In this document: one piece after another, positions 1 to 12,423 of the stretch
How positions within the stretch are numbered: the stretch's first letter is position 1
Layout: the number at the start of each line of letters is the position of its first letter
Assembly (NCBI GenBank): GCA_964019335.1
Contig: OZ025687.1
Coordinates: 372,001-436,000 of the forward strand
Direction of reading: 5' to 3'
Length of the DNA: 64,000 nucleotides
Source of the DNA: Diplonema japonicum
Taxonomy: Eukaryota > Protista > Euglenozoa: Diplonemea
Program-made: the position numbers and the translations under genes
The notes under the pieces: generated by a model
The model's database searches: none
Told to the model about the DNA's origin: nothing
Seen by the model: only the letters and a program-made list of their open reading frames with translations

Positions 1-1645
1 AAAATAAAAGAATAGGGCAGGGATGGGGAGAGGACATATAAAAAAAAAAAAAAATAGGGGCATAAAAAAAATAGGATTTCCACCGCTCTGTTTTATTTTT
101 CTTCCCACCACCTTCTCTTTTAATTTTTTTTCTCTTTTTTTTTAAAATTTTTCGTTCTCTTTTTTTTTTTCTTTTTTTCCCCCAATTTTTTTTCTCTGTT
201 AGGGTTCACCAGTAAACATTTTTTCCCCCTCTTCCTAACCCACGTTTGAAGCAGTGGTGGTAATTATTTTTCCCCCCCTCGTTTTCTGGTTCAGTCTTCA
301 CATTTTTTTTTCTCCTTCTTTTTATAGTTAGAACAGAGCCCCTTAGGGGGTTTAAAGAAACAGCCTACTCAGGCGAATGTAGCCACAATCGTGACAACGA
401 AAAAAAAAAAAAAAAAAGAAAAAAAAAAAGGTGTTCTTCTTACTATTTTGACAACGTAGGGCTGATCATCCAATTTTTTCTATTTTCTTTCACTTTTTTT
501 TTTCCCTGGTACAATTAAAATAAAAAAGATTTTTTTAAAGCTTTTTTTTCTTTTTAATCCCAGATAAAAATCTGAGTTGGGCCAAGAAACAAACAAAAAA
601 AAAAAAGTTCCCCGTTTTTTTTTTTTTTTTTTTTTTCGTGCTTTCGATGGGTGAGCGATCTTGGAAGGAAAAAAAAAAAAAGAAAAAAAAAAGGGAAAGC
701 TACCAGAGATAACAATAAAAGGGGAGAGAAAAGTTTGAAAAAAAAAAAAGGTGCGCAAAAAGCTGCCCCTTTTCATTTTTCTTTTTTTTAAAGAAGAGAA
801 CTAGCATAAAAAAAAATAGGAAAAATAAAAAGAAAAAAGGGGGAGGAAGAAGAAGATAAAAAAAAGGAAAAATAAAAAGGGGGGCAGGAGCGGGATTTTC
901 TTCTCTTTTAATAATAAAATATTTGCAACTCCTTTGATAACTCCAGTCATTGCATCCTACTTACCGGTTTTTTTTTAAAAAAAAAGATCATTACTACTGC
1001 CCCTCTCTCAATTCAGTTTTCCGTTTTTCTTTTCTTTTTTTTTTTCTCTTTCTTCCAAACCATTGTAAAGTGTAAAAAGAAAAAAAAAAATCTACTCAGT
1101 AATACCGAGTGGCGGCGATCAAAAAGGTTTTGTTTGCACTTTTTTGTAAAGAAAAAAAAATTGTTTCAAACGAAAAGAGGGGGGAAAGGGCCGTGAAAAA
1201 AAAAAAGAACAGAAAAAGAAAAGCTAGAGAAGAAAAAAAAAAAAAAAAAAAAAAACAATAACTTTTGACATGTAGTCCTCCACGTTGGAGCCACACGGAA
1301 GGAAAAAAAAAAAATGTGGAATATAGTGCGAAACGGCACACTTTCATGTATTTTTCTTTTCTAACTTTTCTCCTTTTTTTCCCTTCTTTCTTTCTTTCTC
1401 AAATTCTCCCCTTCCTCAAATTCTTTCAAAATAAAATAAAATAAAATGCGATCCAAAGTAATCGAAGCCAACTTTCTTCATATGTTTTTTTTTTTTTTTT
1501 TTTGGCAAGTTTTTTTTTTCTTTTTCCACAACATTCTTTCGCTTCATTCTTTCAAGAAAAAAAAAAAAAAAAAAAAAAGGTAATAAGAAAGATGAAGTTC
1601 GTTCGTCAGGTAGAGGGGGGGAAAAATAGAGAAAAAAAAATCAAA

Positions 1646-1873
1646 TACTGCAAAAAAGTGAAAAAATGTCGGACTGACAAAGACGGAGCGCCTCCTAGCG
1701 CAGGATTTCTCAAAATTTTCTTTTTTTTTTTTTTTTTTTTTCTTTCAAATTGTGAATACTGGTGACGTTCCAGCCCCAAACGGCCTTCGAGAAACATCTT
1801 GGGAAAAAAAAAAAAGAAAATAAAAAACTCTCCGCGTTTTATGTCAGTCCGGGAGTTTTCCCCTTTGACAGTA
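1646..1873. mobile_element. Degenerate inverted-repeat element (MITE-like remnant)
   Basis: CGGACTGACA..ACGGAG (1670-1688) is the imperfect reverse complement of CTCCGCGTTTTATGTCAGTCCG (1829-1851). Outer TACTGCAAA (1646) and TTTGACAGTA (ends 1873) also pair. Confidence 0.35.
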
Positions 1874-2061
1874 AATAAGAAAAGGGAGCGCTGGGGGAAG
1901 AGGTTTAAAAAAAAGAAAGAAAGAAAATAAAAACATGCTTCTTTTTTCTTGAACCCCCCTCCCTCCCCCTTTTTTTTCCACTTTTTTTCTCCTTTCACTT
2001 TTTTTCTCCTTCTTACTACAGTAAAACTGGCGAGGGATTAAAGAGGGAAGGGGAATTACGC

Positions 2062-2118
<57 letters not shown>

Positions 2119-3613
2119 ACTGCAGCAGCTAAGTCCACAAACTGCAGCTTGGGATCCTTTTTTCCTCAGGGAAACAGAGATAAGGGAGGGTGAACTATTT
2201 AAAGAAAAAAAAAACGAACTAAAATAAAAATAAAGGGGGAGGGGTGCGTGTGTGTGTGTGTGTGTTTTCCAGATTTTTCTTTTTCTTTTTCGTTTCTTTT
2301 TCTTTCTTACCAAAACCATTCTCCTTTTTTTCTTAATCTTATCACAGATTCTGAGCAGCAGCCAAAAAAGAAAAAAAAAAAAAGAAATACTGCAAATCCT
2401 TCTTAAATTTCTGCCCGAAACAAAAAATGTCCCAGATATTCTGGGAACTTATTAAAAAGCTTTTTGGAAAATTCTCCACTGGAAAAATAACGAAGAGGTT
2501 TACAGCATATTTTTCTTTTCTTTTTTTTTTTCTTTACATTCCTTTGGAGGGAGCAAATTCCACACCTTTTTTTTTTTTTTTTTTTTTTCCCTTTTTTTTT
2601 TTTTCAAAAAAAAAAAAGAAGAAAAATCGGATTTTTTTTTTAATTTCTCGGGGGAAAAAAAATTCTTTCATTTTCTTTTCTTTTCTTTTTTTCAGACCTG
2701 TGCGCGCAGCACTTCTTCTTTTTTTTGGGGGGGGTAGTTACAGAGGGGTTTTTTTCCCCCTCTCTCCCACCTCCCTCAAATAAAAAGCTCTTTTTCTCTT
2801 TTTTTTCCTCTGCTGCATGCTGACTTTGTTTTCTCTCTCTCTCTCTTCTCAGTTGCTAGTTTTGCAAATCCAACCACATTCAGTTTTTTTTCTTCTTTTT
2901 TTTTTTAAATGGTTTCAGGAGGGGGAGGGAGGGAGGGAGGAGAAAAAGAAAGAATGTAAGGCACCTTTTTTTTTCCCCCTCCTTCTTCTTTTTTTTTCCC
3001 CCACTTTTTTTCTTCTTCTTACATAGCTCAGGAGCGGGTGTACAATTCTTGCTTTTTTTTTTTCTCGTTTTTTTTTTTTTTTTTTTTTTTTTTTTCTTCT
3101 CTGCGTGCCACGTTCTTTCTACGCAATTTGTTTTAGAACCGGACTAGAGAAATGGAAGGAAAGGGTTATTTTTTTTTTTTTTCCACTATGATGGGGGAAA
3201 TGTGCTAGCAGCAAACCACCAAAACATAAAAACTAAAAGGTAGAGATTTTCGGTTCTGGTTTTGCTTTTTTCTTCTTCTTCTTCTTCTTTTTTTTTTTTT
3301 TTTTTTCAGACAAGTCCCAAAGGACAGTGTTTCAATAAGGTGGAGGGGAGTTAGTGTTTCTATCGCTAGTAAAAAAAAGGGGGGGGTTTTAAGAAGAGAA
3401 AAGGGAAAGGGATGAAGTAAAAGAAAAAAAAAGAAAAAGAAAAAAACTAATAGCTACTTTTTTATTTTCTTCTTCTTCTTTTCTTCTTCCATTTTTTTTT
3501 TTTTTTTAAGCGAGGAAACACTAGGGATTAATAAAAAAAATAAGGGGGAAAAAAAAATAAAAGGGAAAAAAATAAAACTTTTTTCTTTTCCAATCCAACC
3601 TCCCCATTCTTCT

Positions 3614-3647
<34 letters not shown>

Positions 3648-4029
3648 AACCTAGAGGCCCATGAAGGCGTTCAATGGTTTCAAAGGAAATATCTTATTTT
3701 GCATTTCCGACTTGGACATTTTTGGGGGGAAAAAAAGAATGAAAAGAAAGATGCTTACAACAAAATATGCTGTGGGGGGGAGGGGCGGGGGGCACTGGAA
3801 ATAGGACACTCAAAGGGTTCTATTTCATACAAAAAAAAGTAAAGTAAACAGTATAAAAAAACCCCACCAAAAAAAGAAGATCCAACACCCCCCCTCACTC
3901 TTTTACACCTGACCCGCGAATAGCAGATAAACATGTAGAGAAAAAAAAATGAAAGGGGAGAAAAAAAAAAAAACCTCAAAACCGTAACAGAGGGAAGAAA
4001 ACAATGGAATGGGGAGAGGAAATGTGGGA

Positions 4030-4066
<37 letters not shown>

Positions 4067-4124
4067 GATTTCAATAAAAAGTAGACGTGGAGCCAAAAAA
4101 TCGTTTTTTTTTACTTTGGGAAAG

Positions 4125-4158
<34 letters not shown>

Positions 4159-4169
4159 GCAGGAGAAAA

Positions 4170-6049
4170 CTACGGAAACGTTGGTGTCGATCGAGGGAAA
4201 TGGGCAGGCATCTGGTGCATAAGGGGCGGCTGTGCCTGTGCCTGTTGCTGCGGCTGCTGGTTCATAGAAGGAGGGGGTCTGTATTAAGGGTAAGTAATGT
4301 CTCTGTTTATTTTCTTTACACCCAACATACGTTCGGTGGAACTCAAGCATCAGAGGTGTGCTGCTCCCAGGCAACTGCACCTGATTCAGTGCGTTAATTG
4401 CTGTTGTTGCAGAAACCACAGAATCGAACTGCGCCATCCCGAAACCCTGTGTGTGTATTTTTTTTTCCCCCCCCCTTCCTCCCAATACCTTCGACTCTTG
4501 GGTCGTGCGGTCCTTCCACACAGTGCACCTCAGCAGCGGCCCATGGGGCTCCAACATCCCCTTGAGCTCAGCCTCCCCGTAATGCTTAGGAAGACCCTTA
4601 ATGAAAACGTTAGAAGAACTCTGACCAGGAGCCACGGTGTGCGTGTGCTTGGACTGACGAGGCTGAGCAAAATATTTTCATAAAAAATGGAAAAAAATAA
4701 TAATAAAATACCGGTTTGGTGTGAGGCTCCACGTGGATGGGCGTAACACCCCCCTGCAACATTACCCCATTAAGGCCGATAATGGCAGCGTTAGCAGAGC
4801 TGGGGCTAGTGAACTCGCAAAAACCGAACCCCTGGTTTTTTTTTTTTTTTTTTTTTTTTTGTCATCTTTATCCAAACATACCCTCGACTGGTTAGTTTGC
4901 GTGTCCTTCCACACAGTTGATCTGACTATCCTACCGTATTGCGAGAGGAGTGCATAGAGGTCCGCATCCGAGTAGCTCAAAGGCAAACACTTCAGGAAGA
5001 TGTTGCTGCACGAACCAGGGGCGCTGTTCATCACGGCTTCTTTAAAAGAATTTTTTTATTTCCCCCCCTTCCATACCCCTGTTTCTCGGGTGGTTGTACT
5101 CAACCTGCAGAGGGGTGCTGCTTCCCTCCAGTGTCGCTCCGTTCAAGGCGGTCAGCGCCGTCTGGGCCTGCTGCGTGTCGCCGAACTCAACAAGGCCGAA
5201 GCCCTTAGAGGCGCCAGTGGTGCGGTCCCTCCAGATGGTGGCACGCTTCACTTGACCGAAGCCTTTGACAAGGTGCTGCGGGTTTAGTTTTTTTCTCCCC
5301 CCCCTTCTCATACCTGGAGGTCACGGTCCTCAAACGACAACGGGAAGCCCTTCATGAAGATGTTCGGGATTGGGCCCTGTCGAAAGAAAAAAAAAAAACT
5401 TTCCCTCCGTTTTCCCTCCCCCTTTTTTATTTTTTACCGATTCCGCGCCAGGGTTGAAACCGCCGCCAATGCCCCCGTGGCCATTGCAGGGCTTGGGCGG
5501 GTTGACCTCAACATGCAGCGAGGTGGTGCTGTCAAGGGACTGGCCCTTGAGGGATTCAAGCGCGTGGCGGGCCTGCTCCGAGGAGCCGTACTCGCACATG
5601 CCGAAGCCCTTCGAGCGACCGAACTGATCCTTCCAGATGGTCAGCCTGTTGATCTCCCCGTACCGGGAGAGGACCTCTCGGAGCTGGTCTTCAGTCATGG
5701 AAAGCGGGAGCCCACGGACGTACAGGTTAGTGCATGGGGCACCGATGTCAGGGGTTCCGTCCCTCCTCTTCCTGCCGTGGTGGTACTCGATCTCCAGCCC
5801 AAGGCCGGTCCCGTTCAGCTCCCTCCCCTGCAGCTCCTTGATTGCGCTCATGGCACCCTCTGTCTGCTCGAACTCAGCCATGCCGAAGCCCTTGCTCTGC
5901 CTCGTGTCGTGGTCCTTCCACACAGTCAGCCTTTTCAACCTACCGTGCGGCTGCAGGAGCAGTTCCAGCTCGTTCTCAAGCATGTTAGGGGGCAAGTGTC
6001 GAAGGAACAAATTCGGCCCCGGCGTCTGCGATGCGTTTGCCGCCCTCAT
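4170..6049 (-). CDS. RNA-binding protein with five tandem RRM domains and a Q/P-rich C-terminus (516 aa, 8 exons)
   Basis: Five repeats of RNP2 (NLFLRHLP, NLYVRGLP, NIFMKGFP, NIFLKCLP, NVFIKGLP) and RNP1 (S[KR]GFGxx[EQ][FY]). The frame is continuous after removing GT-AG introns 5377-5437, 5276-5313, 5040-5076, 4832-4881, 4663-4711, 4447-4488 and 4279-4330. Spliced length is 1551 nt, ending in TAG at 4170-4172. Confidence 0.88.
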
Positions 6050-6193
6050 TTTCTTTTTTTTCGTTTATTCTCTTCCTGAATTCTGGGAGGATTTGGTCTT
6101 CTTTTTTTTCGCGAAAGAAGCGGGGGGGGGGGAAGAAAAAAAAAGATGTATTTACATCGGCATCGCTTTAAGGGGAGGTGGAGGAGGGATTAC

Positions 6194-7228
6194 TCATTCC
6201 AGTCTAAACGAATGCATGTTCGCAGCATTGCCTTTTCTAACAAATGCGTGTTCCTCGTCTTTATAAGGGACCTTTGGGAGCTTTGCTGCCTTCGGTGGTA
6301 CAACTGATTTTTCTTCGACTTTTGAAAAGCTTTCCCCGAAGCAGTCCTGCGCCCCGGGTACGTGTCCTGTGTAGCCCACCACGCGTTTTGCAGCAGGGGG
6401 GTGGGAGGGGATATGCGCAGGGCCTTCCAACGAAGTAAGTGTGTAACCCCCTCCACGGGTCTGCGAGAATGACTGTTTAGCTTGTGCGGCCGGGGGGGAA
6501 GAAGAGTATCCCTCGTCCTCACAGTGCAGGTCATCGAGCATCCAGGTGTTGTAAAGAAGGTGGAGGAAATATTCCTCATTATCGATTCCCCGTGAGGCCG
6601 CCGTGTAGTATGCAAGGAATTCTTCATGAGTTACAATATCATCTCCGTTCTGATCAAAGTCATTACGGAAGAGCTCCTTGGCAACAGCTTCGTCCCAGAC
6701 GCCCGAGGTCACCTTAGGGTGCCCCTTCGCATTGTAACGCCTTGTCAAGTACGCAGTGTTTATGTACCCCTTGCCTTCCTTGTCAAGAGTGCGGTATGCT
6801 GCATTGACGGCTTCTCTCCTTTGAGGGGGGAGCGCCGTGACAGCCTCGAGGAAGGATGCGACATCCATTTTGTTGTTATCATTCTCGTCAAAGGCTTCTA
6901 TGAGGTATCGGGTTTCCTCTGGTTTTAAGATTATACCGAGGTTCTGATGGGGTGGGTTTTTTTTTTTTTTTTTTTTTTTTTTTCCCGTCAAAATACTTCG
7001 AGTGTTTTGGTCACTTCGTTGCTGCACAGTGCCATGCCGCCTTCTCCTGCCTTTAGTTTAAACCTCTTTGTCAGTTCTGAGGGATGGGAGGGGGGGTTTT
7101 TTTTTTGAAAAAAAAAAGAAAAAGTATAAAGTACCTCGTAGTCCATTTGGGCCGCTTCTCGAGCTCAGACGGTGCAGTTTGTCCATCACCTGCTCTGCAT
7201 ATCGCTTTTTAGTTGTCGTCGGGGGCAT
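6194..7228 (-). CDS. Calcyphosin-like EF-hand protein with C-terminal GYTGHVPG motif (307 aa, 3 exons)
   Basis: EF loops DENDNNKMD, DKEGKGYIN, DQNGDDIVT. Calcyphosin-type motifs YNAKGHPKV and VTHEEFLAYY..IDNEEYF. Introns 7077-7134 and 6944-6996 join MPPTTT.. to the 6194-6943 exon in frame. Confidence 0.82.
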
Positions 7229-7925
7229 TTTCTTTTTTTTTTTAAAGTGTATTGTTGTTTTCCCTACCCCTTTGGTTGTGTTGTTATTATTTCTTTTCTT
7301 TTTTTTTTTTCTTCTTTTTTTTTTTTGAAAGGATTGTGAAAAAAAATTGGGGAATGAGATTTGTGGCTGGGGCGTGCAGTGAGGTGAGGGGGCTTCTCCC
7401 CCTTTTCCCCCCCTCTTTCCAATGACTTTCTTTTTTTCTTTCTTTCTTGACTCGATCCCATTCGTAAAAGGCCAAAGCAAGAGAGGGTATTTATATTTTT
7501 TTTTTCCAAAAATAAAAATCATCCCAAGGCAAGGAAAATATTGTCCTCCCTTAGTGTAACGAATCTTTTTTTTTTTTAAATATGGTGTCCTCTTCTTCTT
7601 TGTTCTTTAAAAAGTGTGATAGAATCCTGGGGGGGGGGGGGGGGGGGGGACTCAGCGCTAGGGGGTGTAAGATTGGAGGGCACGTTTTTAAGACGTTTTT
7701 TTTTTTCCTTTTTGTTTTTTCTTCTTCTTTTGTTCAATTTAATTGAATTAATGCTGAAAGAACCACGAGGAGGCGGGAAGAAGAAGAAGAAAAAAAAAAA
7801 AAAACCAACACTACAAAATTCCAAACATAATAAAACGGAGCACTATTTTCCACCTATTACAACCTTTTCTTTTTTTCTTCCTTTCCTTCCCTACCTTCTT
7901 TTACAGTATCCTATAAAAAAAAAAA

Positions 7926-8896
7926 TCACTGGCCGGCCTCCTTGGCATCCTTGGCCTGACCCCTCTTGCGAAGACCCTGCATTTTTTTTTTTTTTTTTTT
8001 TTTTTCTTCCACCATACCAAATGCATCTTCATAATCTGCCCGTTGGCAATGGAAGTGGGAATGCACTGCGCAATATAAGTCATAAGTGCATGTGCCCAGT
8101 AAGGGGAAGTGACAGCCTCGTAACCAATGGCATTGCAAGCACTGCGCGCGTACGTCTCAGGTGTCGGTGTGGTGATGGATGACTTGCGGATCTTAGCAAG
8201 CTTGGTTGTGACGAACAACGGTGTTTGCGCCTGGAAGTGAACCCCCTTACCTGCGTACTCGGCGTTCAAGGACGCCGTCATAAGGGTAATTCCGCCCTTG
8301 GCACCGCAGTACCCAGCAAGAAGCGGATTCACAATCTCACCGGCGAAGGAAGAAATGTTGACGATGGCACCCCTCTTCCTGTCGAGCATGCCGGGCAGAG
8401 CAAGGCGGGTCATGACATTTGTCGAAGTTACGTTGAGGGAAACAAGAGATTCTGCGTTAGCATCGTCTAGCTCGTGGTAGAACTTCGGGTAGGGGTACGA
8501 AACACCTACATTGTTGACAAGTACGCCAAGCTCAATGGAGTTAATGGTCTTCTGAAGCTTTTCTTTAACATCATCAGTGAGGTTGCCCATGTCGGCTGCC
8601 ACTATGGTTACCTCAACTTTCGGGTATTTCTCGAGAATGGCTGTCTTGACATCTGAGAGCTTGCTCTCTGTCCTTGAGACAAGGACGATGCTCATACCAC
8701 GCTTGGCGAGCTCGAAGGCGTAGGCCTTCCCGATCCCGTCGGTCGCGCCTGTGACCAGGGCCCACTTGCCGTACCTCTTCAGGTCTTTCCCGGGTCTCAG
8801 GAACTTCGCATACACCCCGGTCAGAACATCCTTCAACAACCTCGAAACACAGCATACACCAGCCACCCATACTATGAGCGAAATGAGATCGAAATC

Positions 8897-8902
<6 letters not shown>
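7926..8902 (-). CDS. HSD17B12: Very-long-chain 3-oxoacyl-CoA reductase (SDR family, 17beta-HSD12/KCR-like; 311 aa)
   Basis: N-terminal TM, WALVTGATDGIGKAYA, LVNNVG and catalytic YxxxK (YCGAK). Intron 7977-8017 gives the C-terminus MHL|GLRKRGQAKDAKEAGQ*, typical of KCR. Confidence 0.9.
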
Positions 8903-8932
<30 letters not shown>

Positions 8933-9263
8933 TGATGTCGGCTTTTTTTTTTTTTTCTTTTTTTGGGGCTTGAAAAAAAAAAAAGAGTTGGGAAAGGTTG
9001 TGGAGGGGAGGGGAGAAAAAAAAAGTTTTTTTTTTTACACTTTTGTTTTTTTTGGGGGGGGGGGATGAGAATCGGGAGCGTGGGAGGTGGGGAGAACATG
9101 CTGTGGAATAGAGTCAAGAGGATTGGGGATAAAAGGGGGATATAAAAAAAAAAAAAGATGGGGTCACGCAAGCTTGCGTGTACGAAACTAGGAAATTTAA
9201 AAAAAAGGCGATGTTTAAGGGCAAATCCCACTCGAGGACCACCCTTAGGGGGGGGGTGGGGGT

Positions 9264-9556
9264 CTATCTCTTGATGCTTCCTTTTTGGAGCCTCGCTTTC
9301 GTTCCGATGGCGGATACCAGTGTCTTTCGCAGACGGTTGATGCGGTCCTTCTTCAGGTTGGTCTTCAGCTCTCTTAGCCTGTCCTGGGTTTCTCGTGAGG
9401 CGAAGATCGGTCTCCTTGCAAAGCCTATCGCCGTCTTCCCTCCTATTGCCATGAGGGACTTCACTCTCGTTTTGTTCTTCGCCGGGAAAGGCCTTTTCCT
9501 TCCTTGTTAAAAAATAAAAAAAAAATAAATAAAGAAGAGTAGTAACGCAACCTCAT
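9264..9556 (-). CDS. Small basic (K/R-rich) hypothetical protein; 5' exon structure unresolved
   Basis: GC3-rich open frame ..RKRPFPAKNKTRVKSLMAIGG..GSIKR* ends exactly where low-complexity DNA begins. It needs an intron over the T-rich tract at ~9500-9550, from either ATG 9556 or ATG 9828 (AG|GTAGGT donor). Confidence 0.45.
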
Positions 9557-10111
9557 ATCTATTAAGGCCGTCAGGCTAAGTCTGGTTAAAGAGACATAGT
9601 CATCACCTAACGAACTATCAACACATTGTGATTTTTTTTTTTTTTTTTTTTTTGGTAAGATAACAATTTCTTCTGAGGCGTTCTTTATGGAGGCAGGGGG
9701 TGAAAACCTTAACATTATCAGGTCCATCGTTTGGTCCTCCTTGCCTACTTTCTTGGGCAAAGGTGCACAGTTCCCTCTCACTTGAGGGAGAGTGCCGCCA
9801 CTGAGACCTACCTTAGTCCAGCTGCCATAAAAAAAAAAAAGGGAAGGGGTGGGACATAGACAAGGAAAAAAAAAATACAATTACAAAAACTAAAACTAAG
9901 AAAAAAAAAAAAAAAAAACTAAGAAAAAAAAAAAGAGTTCAGGAACCGTTTGACTTTTATTTTATATTCTGCATCTCGAGTGAAAGGGAGAGCAAACGAA
10001 AGTGTACTTTGGCACCCAATTTAAAAAAAAAGGGAGGAGAGTGGACATAATAAAGAAAACAAAAATTTGGCTTTCTTTCTTTTCTTTCCCCCCCCCCTTT
10101 TTTTAAAATTC

Positions 10112-11183
10112 TTAATTTGTATTATTAAACTCCTTCTCTTCTTTATTCTCCTCAGAATCTTTCTTCCCTTCTTCTTCTTTTTCAGAATCCTCCTTTTCTT
10201 TCTTCTCAAAATCTTCCCTTCCTTCTTCTTGTTTCTCGGAGTCCTCTTTCTTTTCTTTTTTCTCCTCAAAATCCCCCGTTCCTTCTTTTTCATTCTCAAA
10301 ACTCTCCTTCTCTTCTTCTTCCTTCTCAAATTCTTCCTTCTCTTCTTCATTCTTCACAAGACCGATTTTCTTTTCTTCCTTCTCCTCAAAACACTCCTTC
10401 TCTTCGGCTTTCTCTTCTTCTTTCTCCTCAAATTCTTCCTTCTCTTCTTCTATCTTCACAGGACCGATTTTTTTTTCTTCCTTCTCCTCAAAACGCTTCC
10501 TCTCTTCGGCTTTCTCTTTTTCTTTCTTCTCCACACCGACTTTCTCTTCCTTCTTTTCAATATCATCCTTCGCTTCTTCATTCTTCACAAAATTCTCCCT
10601 CTTTTCCCTTCTCCTCCCAAAATTCATCCTCTCTTCCTTTATCCTCTTAAAATCCTCCTTCCCTTCCCTTCTCCTTTTACCATCATCTTTCCATTCTTTT
10701 TTCTCGCCTAACAGTGATTTTGGTTTCTGTTCCTCAGGTTCATCATAAGACAGCATGTCTCTCCCGCCTGTTCGTATTTTTCCCCCCCACGTCGAAACCC
10801 ATACCGTGGCCGTTTGGTAGTTCCCAGTCCCTTGGCCATGGGCATTCCGTATCCATCCAGGGACATGAGCTTACAGATCTCAAGTGCGACACTACACCAG
10901 TGAAGTATGGCCGGGCCTGAATTGTATATAACAGAAGAAAAAAAAAAGAGAGAAAAAAAAGAAGAACAATCTCTTCTTACACACCTCTTGGTTGTACGCT
11001 GTGCAGGACCTTTGTATCTCTTGAAACTCGTACGGAACAGGAAGGCCCCCGATCTGATCGAGCACCTTGACCTTGGTCTTCCCCATCATAATGTTCCAAG
11101 ACAGTTCTACACGGTTATCTAAAGCGAATGGACTGCGCACAGCGAGAAGCTCCGTCATGAGAACACCAAAGGAATACACGTCA

Positions 11184-11222
<39 letters not shown>

Positions 11223-12423
11223 TTCTTTTTTACCCCGACCCACAGACCTTTTCTGAGTAAGGTGTCTCATGCCAGATTTCCGGCGCGATAAAGGCAAATG
11301 TGCCCTGAATTCGAGTGTTTTCTTTCTTGATGTTTTTCGACTTGCTGTTCCTCCCGGGCGACCACACTTTCCCCATCGATTCCGCACGAAGCCCGGCAAG
11401 AAGATCCTTCCTTATCCTAGATAACCCGAAATCGGCAATCTTCATAGTATCACCAGTAACAAAGATATTGGTCGCCTTAAGGTCACGGTGGAAAATTCTT
11501 TTATGGTGGAGAAAGGCCATGCCCTTGGCGACTTGCGAAAGCCATTCGACCTTCCGTCCCCAGGTGACACGGGTGTTGGCTTCTTTCTCCGTTTGTAGAA
11601 GTTTCATCAAGGTTCCCTTTTCACACAATTCTGTAGCGATTGCAAGCTTGTTCCTGTAGAACACAGCACCAAGCAACATCAGAATATTCGGATGCCTTAG
11701 CTTCGTCATGATCGACACCTCTCGTTTCCATTCTTGAACCTCGTGAGATTTCCATGATCTGTTGGCATGGTGCACTTTAACCGCTACTTCTGTTGCTTGG
11801 TAGTCACCAATGTACACTGTGCCAAACCCACCGGTTCCTAGAACGTGGCTGGTGTCGATCTTCAAATCTTCTGGTTCAATACCGAAATTTTCTATTATAC
11901 TCTTGCTGAAGCCTCCTAGGAGGTTTGATGTTCTGCCTTGCGGAGCATGTGTGCTTGGTGATCTAGGAGGGGAGGCTTGATAGGTGCTTTGTCTACTTAT
12001 TCTGTTCGATGCGACGAACGGTGATGGTGAGCGTAGAATTGGCGATCTCGCTCGTGGTACTGGGGACACACCACGGTTCGACTTCTGGTGGGAAACAGAT
12101 CTTCTGAATGAGTTTGCTAGGGCGGGGCTTGATGTGCGGACAGCCGGGGACCTGCTTCTGGTTACTAGAGTGTTTTGTCTTCGCATTGCTTGTCTTTTTT
12201 CGGTTTCTTTCTTTCTCTGGTCGTGGAGAGCAGACAGAGCTGGCGGCGGGGGTACACCGTTGAGGTCATCTTTCCCCCGCCGGCTTGAAACGCTTGTTCC
12301 AGTAGCTGTTCGAAAAAATGACCTGTCTCTTTGCTTGCTTGACTGAGAATCAGCTGGAGTACCAGGGGTGAACGCTTTCTTTTCCCTTGCAGATCCAGCC
12401 AGCCTTGAACTTTTTACTGGCAT
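10112..12423 (-). CDS. TKL/Raf-like Ser/Thr protein kinase with S/R/P-rich N-terminus and E/K-rich tail (about 714 aa, 4 exons)
   Basis: LGTGGFGTVY, VAVK, HRDLKATN, DFG, GTFAFIAPE. Intron 11186-11247 restores SEK|ADVYSFG and intron 10917-10984 restores QE|ARP. Intron 10768-10804 joins the E/K-rich ORF; this last exon is less certain. Confidence 0.85.
10310..10515 (-). repeat. 102-bp (34-aa) tandem duplication in the E/K-rich kinase tail
   Basis: KAEERKRFEEKEEKKIGPVKIEEEKEEFEE and KAEEKECFEEKEEKKIGLVKNEEEKEEFEK; TCTTCGGCTTTCTC occurs at 10401 and 10503. Confidence 0.75.

Noticed and set aside
480-4100. Many F/K/P/G-rich ORFs here and in 31200-35100, 42300-43250 and 61550-63470
   Set aside because: Translations of homopolymer runs, which lack stop codons by composition; no domain-like sequence.
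7901-8017. Poly-Lys C-termini or programmed frameshifting in the KCR, FAH and RING ORFs
   Set aside because: Each is explained by a canonical GT-AG intron that restores conserved residues.
9555-9600. Resemblance to the U2 snRNA 5' end (ATATCT..GGCC-GTCA-GGCTAAG, + strand)
   Set aside because: Lacks the following GAUC and stem IIa/IIb; probably chance.
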